64,000 bases of DNA from Candidatus Poribacteria bacterium (lineage in GTDB: Bacteria > Poribacteria > WGA-4E > PCPOR2b): contig OZ220744.1 in the NCBI GenBank assembly GCA_965116925.1, positions 6,407,378-6,471,377 of the forward strand, in the 5' to 3' direction. Shown here piece by piece: positions 19,611 to 28,860 of this stretch. Made by a program: the position numbers and the translations under genes. Position 1 is the stretch's first letter; every line of letters begins with the position of its first letter. Below the pieces are notes generated by a model. It saw only the letters and a list, made by a program, of their open reading frames with translations. It was not told the DNA's origin and made no database searches.

Positions 19611-19905
19611 ACTCTACCTGTTTTTCAATATAAGGTTTCAAGTCCGATTTAACGGACTGAACGGCAACAAGGTCAACCTTCTTCTCAAACAGATCTTCGA
19701 GGAAGAGAACAAGCCCCATGTAGTTGCGAAAAGTTGATTTTTCTAATTCAACGAGTAGATCAATGTCACTTGTAGCGTGTGCTGTTCCATTCACGTAAGA
19801 TCCGAACAATCCGATTTGCTTGACCCCAAACTTCCTCAGTGTATCCCGGTTATCCGCAAGTGTCTGTTTGATAAAGTGCTTGCTGAGAACTGCTCGGTTT
19901 TCCAA
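19594..19905 (-). CDS. Minimal nucleotidyltransferase (MNT) antitoxin
   Basis: LFGSYV.G.....SDIDLLVE and VDLV motifs; TTG start at 19905 behind GGAGG. Confidence 0.9.
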   Translation of the reverse strand: MENRAVLSKHFIKQTLADNRDTLRKFGVKQIGLFGSYVNGTAHATSDIDLLVELEKSTFRNYMGLVLFLEDLFEKKVDLVAVQSVKSDLKPYIEKQVEYVTNL

Positions 19906-20125
19906 CTTAAAACCCTCCACTGAAGCCTTTAAGAGCATGGCTAGCAGTTACAATGCTTTTATGAAAATGATCTTTTACTCGTTTAGGTAGCGACTTAACA
20001 TTATTATACATCTTTTTATGTCGTTTATCAAACGAGTCCTGTAGTATAATTACACCACGACTAAATAAAAAAATCCAAGCAGCAAATTGTCTCAGAGAAT
20101 CTACGGAGGAAAAAGGAGGATAACC

Positions 20126-20920
20126 ATGCGCGTTGAACTTTTAGCCATTGATTGCCAAAACGACTTCTGTGATCCGGGTGGCGCGCTTTATGTGCCGGGC
20201 GCAGAAAATGATATGGCCTGTTTAGCGACATTTATCGATCGGATCGGTAGTCGTCTACACAATATGCACTTCACACTTGACAGCCATCACACGGTTGATG
20301 TCGGGCATCCAATATTTTGGAAAAGTAGCGATGGTGAGCCGCCGGAATCATTTACTACCATCACGCATGAGGATGTTAAAGCTGGAAACTGGCTGCCGTA
20401 TGATCCAGCGTTTACTCAACGGATGTTGGATTACACGCGGCTGTTGGAGGAAAATAATCGGTATCAACTGACGATTTGGCCCATACACTGCCGGATCGCA
20501 ACGTGGGGGAGCGCGCTCTATCCTTCTGTGGATCAGGCGGTGCGAGATTGGGAGACATCTCAATTGAGGGTTGTTGATTTCGTAACGAAGGGTTCAAATA
20601 TTTTCACCGAGCACTACAGCGCGGTGAAGGCGGATGTCCCGGATCCAGAAGACCCCGCCACGCAGCTCAATACCGACCTAATCCAGAAACTGGAAAGGTG
20701 TGATCAGGTGATTATTGTCGGTGAAGCGTTATCTCACTGCGTCGCAAGTACGGTGCGGGATATCGCAACCGAGTTTGGTGATGAAGGGGTGAAGAAATTT
20801 GTTATTCTTGAGGACTGTATGTCGAATGTCCCCGGCTTTGAATCGCTCGGCGATGCGTTCCTGCACGATATGTCACAACTGGGGGTGACCATTACCAACA
20901 GCGTGGACTTCATGCGATGA
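20126..20920 (+). CDS. pncA: Nicotinamidase / isochorismatase-family cysteine hydrolase
   Basis: IDCQNDF, LDSH, WPIHC, KG..TEHYS and GEALSHCV motifs; SD AGGAGG. Confidence 0.85.
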   Translation: MRVELLAIDCQNDFCDPGGALYVPGAENDMACLATFIDRIGSRLHNMHFTLDSHHTVDVGHPIFWKSSDGEPPESFTTITHEDVKAGNWLPYDPAFTQRMLDYTRLLEENNRYQLTIWPIHCRIATWGSALYPSVDQAVRDWETSQLRVVDFVTKGSNIFTEHYSAVKADVPDPEDPATQLNTDLIQKLERCDQVIIVGEALSHCVASTVRDIATEFGDEGVKKFVILEDCMSNVPGFESLGDAFLHDMSQLGVTITNSVDFMR

Positions 20921-20984
20921 ATCGTAGAGGGATTGGTGAAACCCCCTTGCGAAAAGGACGTTTCCAAAGAGTGGGAGGGTATTG

Positions 20985-21125
20985 ATGATGAAACCGAAAC
21001 GCAAACCCAAGACATTCGCAGGGACGGTCGCCCAGAACCTAACGCGAAAAAAGCAAGTTGAGACAATGCAGAGGCAGCTGTTAAAGCGTGCGCGAAAGGA
21101 TCAAGAGCGCGAAAGAGTTACCTGA
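20985..21125 (+). CDS. Putative small basic protein (46 aa)
   Basis: GGGAGG SD then MMKPKRKPKTFAGTVAQNLTRKKQVETMQRQLLKRARKDQERERVT; fills the intergenic gap. Confidence 0.45.
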   Translation: MMKPKRKPKTFAGTVAQNLTRKKQVETMQRQLLKRARKDQERERVT

Positions 21126-21134
21126 TTGCACCCA

Positions 21135-22538
21135 TCACTCCATGACAGCGTCACAATATTGCCGCAGATTCTCTTTACCGAGTTTCTCATAAACTGCTTC
21201 TCGCAGCCGATGTTGTTCCAATCCTGAGTCTTCTTTCAATAATCGTTCTACTTCTTCTGTTCCTCTAAGTTCAAGCGGTAACGATTCCGCATTCAACTGA
21301 CGCAGAACGACCCGTGCACCGAGTGCCGCTGCTTCTCGGATAGACATGGCATCGGTCTTATCCACCGTGTCAAACGCCGTGTGTCCAAAACCCCTGCCGG
21401 GCGGACGACCAACCGTCGTGATACTACCGGTCGGGAGCCCCTTGAGGAAATAGGGGTAGTGATCGGAGTAGCAACTGATGCCACCCCCAACGGAGATGTC
21501 TTGCCCCATCTCTTCGGCTGCGTTTTCGATGAAAGGTTCAAAATCCGGTAACCGGTGCAGCTGAATCCCTTTTCGTCCGCCGGGATTGCCGGCAGAATCC
21601 AGGTTCCAAACAAAGCGGACATGGGTCGGATTGTCGCCTAACCCCTGGGCATCATGATACGCACCGAATAACCCGACTTCCTCATTGCTCCAAGCGATAA
21701 ATCGCACAGTGCGGGCTAATCCATCCCTTGCGTGAGCCGACAACACACGCGCCATCTCTGTAACGACTACCATTCCACTGAGCGGATCGTTAGCCCCCTG
21801 CGTGATGTCGTGTCCATCGTAATGACAGCCAACAATAATGACCTCTTCGGGATGTGTTTTGCCGTGAAGTTCCCCTACGATGTTCCACGCGGTTGTGGGT
21901 CGATATTCATCGGTGGTCTTAATCCTCACACGCACTGCTCCATTTTGCTGAGACAGACGGTGAAGAAATTCCCCAGTCTCATAGGAGATCCCGATGCCGG
22001 GGATAACGGCTTCGTGATTCCAGCCAACGGTGCCGGTAACCTCGCCATAGCCGGGGTAGTGGTTTTGAAAGATGAATCCGTTTGCGTCGTATAAGATGGA
22101 GCGATCGTACTTTTCCATACGGTGGATTCCACCGCTCCGAGAAATGACAATACTATCTGCCAGACGGTCTTTCTCTTTCTCGAAATCTTTCTCAACTCCT
22201 TCATCGACGAAAACGAGATTTCCCTCCACCTCTGCAGCTGGACAGTAAGGCAGCGAGATGCACGGCACTTCGCGTGCTATCGGACTGAGAACCTCCAAGG
22301 TTGCTTCTCCACGATACCACCCATCATAGTCGTAGGCATCTTTATGGACGTTAGCCAGTCCATAGGCAGCAAATTTCTCCTCCAGCAGATCCGCGGCAAG
22401 GGCTGCGCCTTCCGTCCCACCGAATCGCGATCCAAATTCATCACAGAGCGTCGTCAGCAATGCCATGGGTTCAGTTGAGGTGTATATATCCCCAACAATT
22501 TTCTGATCTAGTTCGAGATAAGGATTGGTTGTTGACAT
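21135..22538 (-). CDS. M28 family metallopeptidase with PA domain
   Basis: CHYD, GAND, NEEVG, NLDS, SDH and GHT..D zinc-binding/catalytic motifs. Confidence 0.88.
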   Translation of the reverse strand: MSTTNPYLELDQKIVGDIYTSTEPMALLTTLCDEFGSRFGGTEGAALAADLLEEKFAAYGLANVHKDAYDYDGWYRGEATLEVLSPIAREVPCISLPYCPAAEVEGNLVFVDEGVEKDFEKEKDRLADSIVISRSGGIHRMEKYDRSILYDANGFIFQNHYPGYGEVTGTVGWNHEAVIPGIGISYETGEFLHRLSQQNGAVRVRIKTTDEYRPTTAWNIVGELHGKTHPEEVIIVGCHYDGHDITQGANDPLSGMVVVTEMARVLSAHARDGLARTVRFIAWSNEEVGLFGAYHDAQGLGDNPTHVRFVWNLDSAGNPGGRKGIQLHRLPDFEPFIENAAEEMGQDISVGGGISCYSDHYPYFLKGLPTGSITTVGRPPGRGFGHTAFDTVDKTDAMSIREAAALGARVVLRQLNAESLPLELRGTEEVERLLKEDSGLEQHRLREAVYEKLGKENLRQYCDAVME

Positions 22539-22562
22539 ATTGTCTTTTCTCCTTTGAACGAA

Positions 22563-22760
22563 ACCGCAGAGGCACAGAGGACACAGAGAAGAAATAGAGG
22601 AAGCGAGAGGGTGAGTATTGGAGGGAGCGAGTATCTTTCACACCTCTACGTATCCTCGCCTCTTCCGATAAATCGAGATCCTTCCCGATTGCATCGGAAC
22701 AGGCGGAACGAGACACACTACTTTTCTAATAAAACTCTGCGTTCTCCGCGTCTCTGCGGT
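22563..22760. repeat. REP/MITE-like element with ~26-bp imperfect inverted arms
   Basis: accgcagaggcacagaggacacagag ... ctctgcgttctccgcgtctctgcggt; internal ccgataaatcg and ccgattgcatcgg palindromes. Confidence 0.6.
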
Positions 22761-22792
22761 AGAAAAGATAGCAATCAAGGTGACTCAGTTTC

Positions 22793-23560
22793 TCAATTCA
22801 CCTCTGGCATTGACTCTACCTCGCCGGAGGTGTCTCGCTGCATCGTCGGTCTGATGACCACTGAAGGGAGGTTAGTCCGTTGTGGTAGACTCGCCATGAG
22901 GCAGATTGTTGCCGAGGTTTCGTCGACATCCACCATCTCCGGACGTGTCTCATCGGGAGGGGGAATGGGACGTTTATCGAGGATGGGAGTGTCAACTTCA
23001 CCGGGAATAATGACACTCGCCCGAATACCGGTGTTCCGAAGATCGACATTGAGAAATTCCGTGAAATTGATAACCGCTGCCTTGGCGGGACCGTACGCTA
23101 ATCCGCTAAAAGGTCCGGGTGTTACGCCAGCTAGGGAAGAAACATTGATAATAGTTCCCTGCTTTGCCTTCAGCATAGCTGGAACTACTGCCTGTGTGCA
23201 GTAAATTGTGCCAATCAAGTTGGAATCAAAGACGCTGCGTATCTCCTCCGGTGTAATGGTCAGCAGCCTCCGATTTTTGGAACTGTGACCGGCGTTGTTC
23301 ACCAGCACGTCAATGCGACCATAGGTGCCGAACACATCTTTTGCCATCTGGTGGACGGCGGCGTGGTCAACGACATCCAGAGCGATAGCTAGGGCTGTGC
23401 CGCCATCGGCGATAATCTCATCTCTGACTGCTTCAACTTTTGACGCTGTCCTACCGATCAGCACCACTTTGGCTCCCTGCTGCGCCATCGTTATCCCCGC
23501 ACCGCGCCCGATACCACTGCCACCGCCGGTGATGATACAAACTTTGTCTTGTAAACTCAT
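22793..23560 (-). CDS. Short-chain dehydrogenase/reductase
   Basis: TGGGSGIG, NNAG and YGPAK motifs. Confidence 0.92.
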   Translation of the reverse strand: MSLQDKVCIITGGGSGIGRGAGITMAQQGAKVVLIGRTASKVEAVRDEIIADGGTALAIALDVVDHAAVHQMAKDVFGTYGRIDVLVNNAGHSSKNRRLLTITPEEIRSVFDSNLIGTIYCTQAVVPAMLKAKQGTIINVSSLAGVTPGPFSGLAYGPAKAAVINFTEFLNVDLRNTGIRASVIIPGEVDTPILDKRPIPPPDETRPEMVDVDETSATICLMASLPQRTNLPSVVIRPTMQRDTSGEVESMPEVN

Positions 23561-23623
23561 CTGTCACCTCATGATTAATTGAATAGTTAGAAGTATAATT
23601 AAGGTGAGAAGATATCCGCCTTT

Positions 23624-23651
23624 TCTCACGTATCACGCATCACGTTTCACG
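23624..23651. repeat. Heptamer tandem repeat (TTTCACG-like)
   Basis: tctcacg tatcacg catcacg tttcacg. Confidence 0.7.
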
Positions 23652-23722
23652 CATTCAATGAACTAGTGAATTAATGAACCTCTGAGCCAATCACCTTTGA
23701 CGAATCACAGAGATGTTGCATG

Positions 23723-25819
23723 CTATTTATCTATTCCTAACAGATCGAAGATAAACGCATACTCAAAAGCGATCTCTCTCAAATAGTCGTACCTTCCCGA
23801 CGGTCCACCATGGCCCGCGCCCATCTCAGTTTTGAGAAGCAGCTGCTTATCCCCCGTTTTCGATGCGCGTAACTTCGCTGTCCATTTGGCAGGTTCCCAA
23901 TAATGGACCCGTGGGTCGTTGAGTCCTGCTGTCACCAAGATATGCGGGTACTCTTTCGTCCCGATATTGTCATAGGGGGAATACGATTTGATATAATCGT
24001 AAAACTCTTTCTCGTTGGGGTTGCCCCATTCGTCGTATTCGATGACCGTTAGGGGGATAGAGGCGTCGAGCATGGTGTTGACGACATCAACGAAAGGCAC
24101 TTTTGCGATAACAATCTCAAAAAGTTCTGGGCGCATATTTGTGACTGTGCCCATAAGCAACCCACCCGCGCTGCCACCTTGAATAACTAGCTTGTCGCTT
24201 GCAGTATATTTCTCAGCGATTAGGTGTTCGGCACAGGCGATAAAATCGGTAAAAGTATTCTTTTTTTGGAGGAGTTTGCCATTCTCATACCAAGGCCGTC
24301 CCATCTCTTCGCCGCCCCGGATGTGAGCGATGGCGTATATGAATCCTCGGTCTAATAGGCTCAATCGGTTTGATGAAAAATACGGTTCGCTGTTGATGCC
24401 GTAAGACCCGTATCCGTATAAGAGCAGCGGATTCCCTCCATCTTTGACCAGCCCTTTTTTGTAAACCAGCGAAATCGGGATAGACGTACCATCGGAGGCT
24501 TTGGCAAAAATTCGTTCCGATCTGTAAAGGGAGGGATCGTATCCACCAAGAACTTCGTCCTGCTTCTTCAGTTCGCGGGTTCTGGCGTCCATCTCGTAAT
24601 CAAAGACTGACATCGGGGTAACGAGCGAACCGTAGTTAAAGCGGAGAGTGTTTGTATTGAACTCCGGGTTTCTACCCTGCCGGACGGTATAAACGGGTTC
24701 AGGGAAATCCACCGGGTGCTCCTCGTCCGTAGTGAAGTTGCGAACCCGGATTTTTTGGAGTCCCTCCTCTCGTTCAGAAATCACCAGATGATTCTGAAAG
24801 GCACTGACACCGTCCAGCTTTACGGTTTCGCGATGGGGAATAACCTCCTCCCAATTCTCCATTGACGGATTACTAACAGAAGCACGCATCAACTTGAAAT
24901 TCACTGCCTCCGCGTTGGTAACAATGAAGAATTGATCGCCGTGATGCTCAACGGAATACTCCAATTCCGACTGGCGGGGCGAAATGACTTTGAAATCACT
25001 TGTGGGCTGATCTGCCTTCAGATAATGGGCTTCAGACGTATTGATGTTCTCCAACTCCATCAGCAGGTAAGCCTTGCTCTTTGTCTTGGAAACATCTAGG
25101 AAAAATGACTCATCTGTCTCATGATAGATAAGAACATCTGCTGCTGGATCGCTGCCGAGTAGGTGTCGGTGAAGTTTATAGGGACGTTTTGCTGCATCTA
25201 GCGTGGTATAAAAGAGGGTTTGATTATCGTTTGCCCATTCGACACTGTAGTAGGTGTTTGGGATCTGATCCCCTAACAGTTGACCGGTATTCAGGTCCTT
25301 GACGTACAGGGTATAACTCTCTCCTCCAGTCGTATCGGTGGAATACGCCAACAGTTGATGGTTTGGGCTAATTTTATAGACGCCAATTTCTAGATATTCA
25401 TGCCCTTCGGCAAGGGCGTTCTGATCTAGTAGTATCTCCTCCTCCGCCTCCAAACTTCCCTTTTTTCGACAATAGATCGAATATTGTTTTCCCTCCTCGG
25501 TGCGGGTGTAATAGTAGTAGTCACCCATCTTTTCAGGGACGGAGAGATCGGTTTCTTTGATCCTGCCCAAAAGCTCTTGATACAGTTGTTCTTGGGAGAC
25601 TTCGGTATGCTGCATCATCGCTTCGGTATATCTGTTTTCGGCTTCAAGGCATTCGATGACTGCCGGATTCGATTTCTCTCTGAGCCAAAAATAGTCATCA
25701 ACACGCACTTCACCATGCACAGTGTCTGTTTTTGGGTCAGTTTTCGCAACGGGAGGGGTTAAAGCGGTTCCTGATGCAGTTGGGGCGGTAGTGGCTAACC
25801 AGTAAATAGTTGGTAACAT
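23723..25819 (-). CDS. ptrB: Oligopeptidase B (S9A)
   Basis: DDYFWLR, YGYGSYG, GGSAGGLL, DPRV.YWEPAKW and GAGH motifs. Confidence 0.95.
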   Translation of the reverse strand: MLPTIYWLATTAPTASGTALTPPVAKTDPKTDTVHGEVRVDDYFWLREKSNPAVIECLEAENRYTEAMMQHTEVSQEQLYQELLGRIKETDLSVPEKMGDYYYYTRTEEGKQYSIYCRKKGSLEAEEEILLDQNALAEGHEYLEIGVYKISPNHQLLAYSTDTTGGESYTLYVKDLNTGQLLGDQIPNTYYSVEWANDNQTLFYTTLDAAKRPYKLHRHLLGSDPAADVLIYHETDESFFLDVSKTKSKAYLLMELENINTSEAHYLKADQPTSDFKVISPRQSELEYSVEHHGDQFFIVTNAEAVNFKLMRASVSNPSMENWEEVIPHRETVKLDGVSAFQNHLVISEREEGLQKIRVRNFTTDEEHPVDFPEPVYTVRQGRNPEFNTNTLRFNYGSLVTPMSVFDYEMDARTRELKKQDEVLGGYDPSLYRSERIFAKASDGTSIPISLVYKKGLVKDGGNPLLLYGYGSYGINSEPYFSSNRLSLLDRGFIYAIAHIRGGEEMGRPWYENGKLLQKKNTFTDFIACAEHLIAEKYTASDKLVIQGGSAGGLLMGTVTNMRPELFEIVIAKVPFVDVVNTMLDASIPLTVIEYDEWGNPNEKEFYDYIKSYSPYDNIGTKEYPHILVTAGLNDPRVHYWEPAKWTAKLRASKTGDKQLLLKTEMGAGHGGPSGRYDYLREIAFEYAFIFDLLGIDK

Positions 25820-25854
25820 CTTACCTACATCTCCTTGCGTTGATTAGACAGAGT

Positions 25855-27292
25855 TCAATCCAAATAGTCCATCTCCGGACGACGGTCCCAGCGAAATTGA
25901 TCTTTCGGTTTGGTATGTTCCACCCAAGCCCGGATAACCTCTAGGTCTACCCGTTTCTGTTCCATCTTCTCGGCAACTGCTTCGGGATCCCAACCTGCCA
26001 GCACCTCGGTAGTCAGTTGCTCCCGTATTTCTCGGCAACTTGCATCTTGTGCACGATCCGATAGTTCGTCAGGGTCATCAGCCAGATTAAAAAGCTGTGG
26101 CTCTTGACCGTGGTAGTAATTCAGTTTCCACTCATCCCGTCGAATCATCCTATGCAAGCAGTCCTCGTAGGTACAGTATTCGGAGAAGGCGAGATCTTCC
26201 CACTCTGTGTCAGGATGACGCACCAGATCGAGCACGCTTCTGCCGCAAGCATTAGGCAGGGGTGGTGCACCGAGAGCTTCCAGCATTGTCGCGTTCAAGT
26301 CGAGCGAACTGAGAACGCGATCACACTGGACACCTTCCGGCAAGGCTCCGGGCCAAGAGAGGATCGCTGGTACTTTGACCGAGGCTTCGTAAAACGTGCG
26401 CTTCATCCACAATCCGTGTTCGCCCATCTGATCCCCGTGATCGGAACTATAGATGATAAGCGTGTTCTCTGCTAGGTCATTCTTTCGGAGTGCTTCGAGA
26501 ATCTCACCAATCATGATATCCATCCGCGTCACTAACGCCCAATATGCCGTCCGTACTCTAAGAATCTCTGCTTCGGAAACATCTACGAGATTGCCCCACT
26601 CTCGCCACCACTTGAAGTAAGGGTGAAGTGCGTCGGAGTACGGTTCGGGATGTTTGGGGAGAGTCATGACATCTTGATAGAGTTCATAGTCCTCTCGACG
26701 TGCTACATAAGGCGAATGCGGTAGCATGAATCCCACAGAGAGAGAACTGTTCCGTTGGCAGACCTGCTCGCTTTTGCACGCCGAGCCGGTCTAAGTAGTT
26801 GACGGTCGCAGCGGTCACGTCTTCATCGTGAACCTGATAGCTGCTTTGACCGGATCCTGCTTGTTGCAGGCTAGCACGCATATTTTTCGGGGCGACTCCG
26901 TTACCGGGGTAATTGCCGCCGTGGTCACCGACCAGACGCTCCGCATAGCCGTGCAGTTGATCGGGTCCCAATCCGTGCATCCGCCCAATCAACACCGGCT
27001 GGTAGCCCGCCGCTCCCATCGCGTGTGCGAACGTGGGAATACCGGAATCCATGATGTGATTGTTCGTCCAGACCTCGATTTCAGATGGATACCTGCCTGC
27101 CAACATCGACATCCGTGAGGGCACACAGACCGGTGACGGACAGTAGACGTTTGTGAAGTGGACTCCCTTTGCTGCTAAACTATCGAGATTCGGTGTTTGC
27201 ACCAGCGGATCGCCGTAACAGCCGATGACTGCGGGATTATGCTGGTCGGAGTGGATGTACAAAAGGTTCGGACGTTCTGTATCTGTTCCCAT
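25855..27292 (-). pseudogene. Choline-sulfatase-like sulfatase split by a frameshift
   Basis: 5' ORF has SDQH, CVPSR and GRMH; 3' ORF has PHSPY, SDHG and LFNL..DP.E; frames switch at a (CT)n tract at 26737-26745. Confidence 0.85.
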
Positions 27293-27391
27293 TATCGTTT
27301 TATCCTTTGTTTGTCTCAAAGAGGAGCATCTATTTTATACCGGAACACTACAAAATTTATCCAACTAACAACAATGCGAGGACAAAAAATT

Positions 27392-28846
27392 TCATCCAAG
27401 GTATACCTGCACCATCGAAATTGAATGCGGTGGCAATGTAACTGCGAACGGATTAGACGGGATCTCCAATTTCCGTTTCACCAGTTTTACGTTTTCTTCA
27501 CCAAAGTTGTTTGTCACTATCGGATCTTCGCCGGTGATTTCAAACAGCAGGCCATCGCCCTTGAGATTCCCATGTTGATTTTCGATTGCGACCGGCAGCG
27601 CCTCCGTCTGATGCCTGTTAATCAGGTTAATCGAAATGCGTCCGAGATCTGGCTGGTAGCTCGCAGAGGCATCAAGATATGGAACTTTGCCGTGCTGTTC
27701 CGTTTCAAAACAGTCCGAATCCCAGTGTGCATTGAGGGCAATCGTTCCATTTTCGAGGGTATGCAGTTGCAGGGGCCAAAAGATTGTTTGAAAAAACAGT
27801 CCTTCTGTGTTTGTGTGGATCGGCGCAATGACGTTGACCAACTGCGCCATATTTGCTAGCTTGATCGCGTCCGCATGACGGAGGAAAGCGTTGAGGAACA
27901 TCCCGACTGCCAAGGCATCCTGCAATGTGTATCGCTCATGTCGTGGATGTTCAGGATCGTGGCTATACATCACATTCCATTCGTCGAAGGCGATTTTCAG
28001 TTTCTTCCCCTCCTCCGAGTAATACACCCCAACGTCAATGATCCCGCGAGCTGCCCGTATAAATTTCTCAATATGTTCAGATGCGGCCATGTACTCGTAA
28101 TAACCGCCGTACCAATCGCCGACGTACATGTGGATGGCGAGGTAATCGGCGATGTCCGCTAATTTCTCGACTACTACCTGATTCCACTTCATATCGGAGG
28201 CATTTTGCTCAAATGAACCACAGGCAGCCAGTTCGATATTTTTATCGACTAGTTTCATCACTTTTGCGTATTCGTACGCAAGGGCAGCGTATTCCTCCGC
28301 TGGCTTGTGTCCAATTTTCCAATGCCCTGAAACCTCATTGCCCAATGCCCAATATTTCACACGATACGGTTCGTCGTGCCCATTTTTCCGACGGAGATTG
28401 GCGTAGTAGGTGTCCTCCACCCCGTTGCAGTATTCCACCCAATGCTGCGCCTCGTCCATTGTGCCGTTTCCCATATTGACGCAGATGTAGGGTTCTGTCC
28501 CGACTTCACGACAAAATTGGATAAACTCATCTGTCCCGAAGCGGTTCGATTCGACCGTATTCCACGCCAACTCCATCTTGCGTGGACGTTCATCCTTCGG
28601 ACCGATGCCATCCATCCAGTGGTACGCTGAAACAAAGTTCCCACCGGGCCAACGGATGTTCGGGACCTTTAACGACTTGATGGCTGCAAGCACATCCCGC
28701 CGAAACCCGCTTTTGTCCGATAACGGTGAGTCTTCTTCGTAGATACCGCCGTAAATGCAACGCCGGAGGTGTTCAATGAAATTGCCGTAGATATTCGGAT
28801 CTATCGCGTCAATCTGCCGGCGTGAGTCAACCAAGATTATTGCCAT
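27392..28846 (-). CDS. abfA: Alpha-L-arabinofuranosidase, GH51
   Basis: YGNFIEHL, RWPGGNF, LGNE, FDEWNV and AQLVNVI motifs. Confidence 0.93.
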   Translation of the reverse strand: MAIILVDSRRQIDAIDPNIYGNFIEHLRRCIYGGIYEEDSPLSDKSGFRRDVLAAIKSLKVPNIRWPGGNFVSAYHWMDGIGPKDERPRKMELAWNTVESNRFGTDEFIQFCREVGTEPYICVNMGNGTMDEAQHWVEYCNGVEDTYYANLRRKNGHDEPYRVKYWALGNEVSGHWKIGHKPAEEYAALAYEYAKVMKLVDKNIELAACGSFEQNASDMKWNQVVVEKLADIADYLAIHMYVGDWYGGYYEYMAASEHIEKFIRAARGIIDVGVYYSEEGKKLKIAFDEWNVMYSHDPEHPRHERYTLQDALAVGMFLNAFLRHADAIKLANMAQLVNVIAPIHTNTEGLFFQTIFWPLQLHTLENGTIALNAHWDSDCFETEQHGKVPYLDASASYQPDLGRISINLINRHQTEALPVAIENQHGNLKGDGLLFEITGEDPIVTNNFGEENVKLVKRKLEIPSNPFAVTLPPHSISMVQVYLG

Positions 28847-28860
28847 GTTCCCTCCCTATG

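Noticed and set aside
20126..20920. Nicotinamidase as part of the defence cassette (NAD-related conflict)
   Set aside because: It is divergently transcribed, has composition like the flanking chromosome, and no vWA, kinase or NAD-salvage partners are nearby
22554..23204. 216-aa + strand ORF
   Set aside because: It reads through a palindromic repeat and antisense to a clear SDR gene
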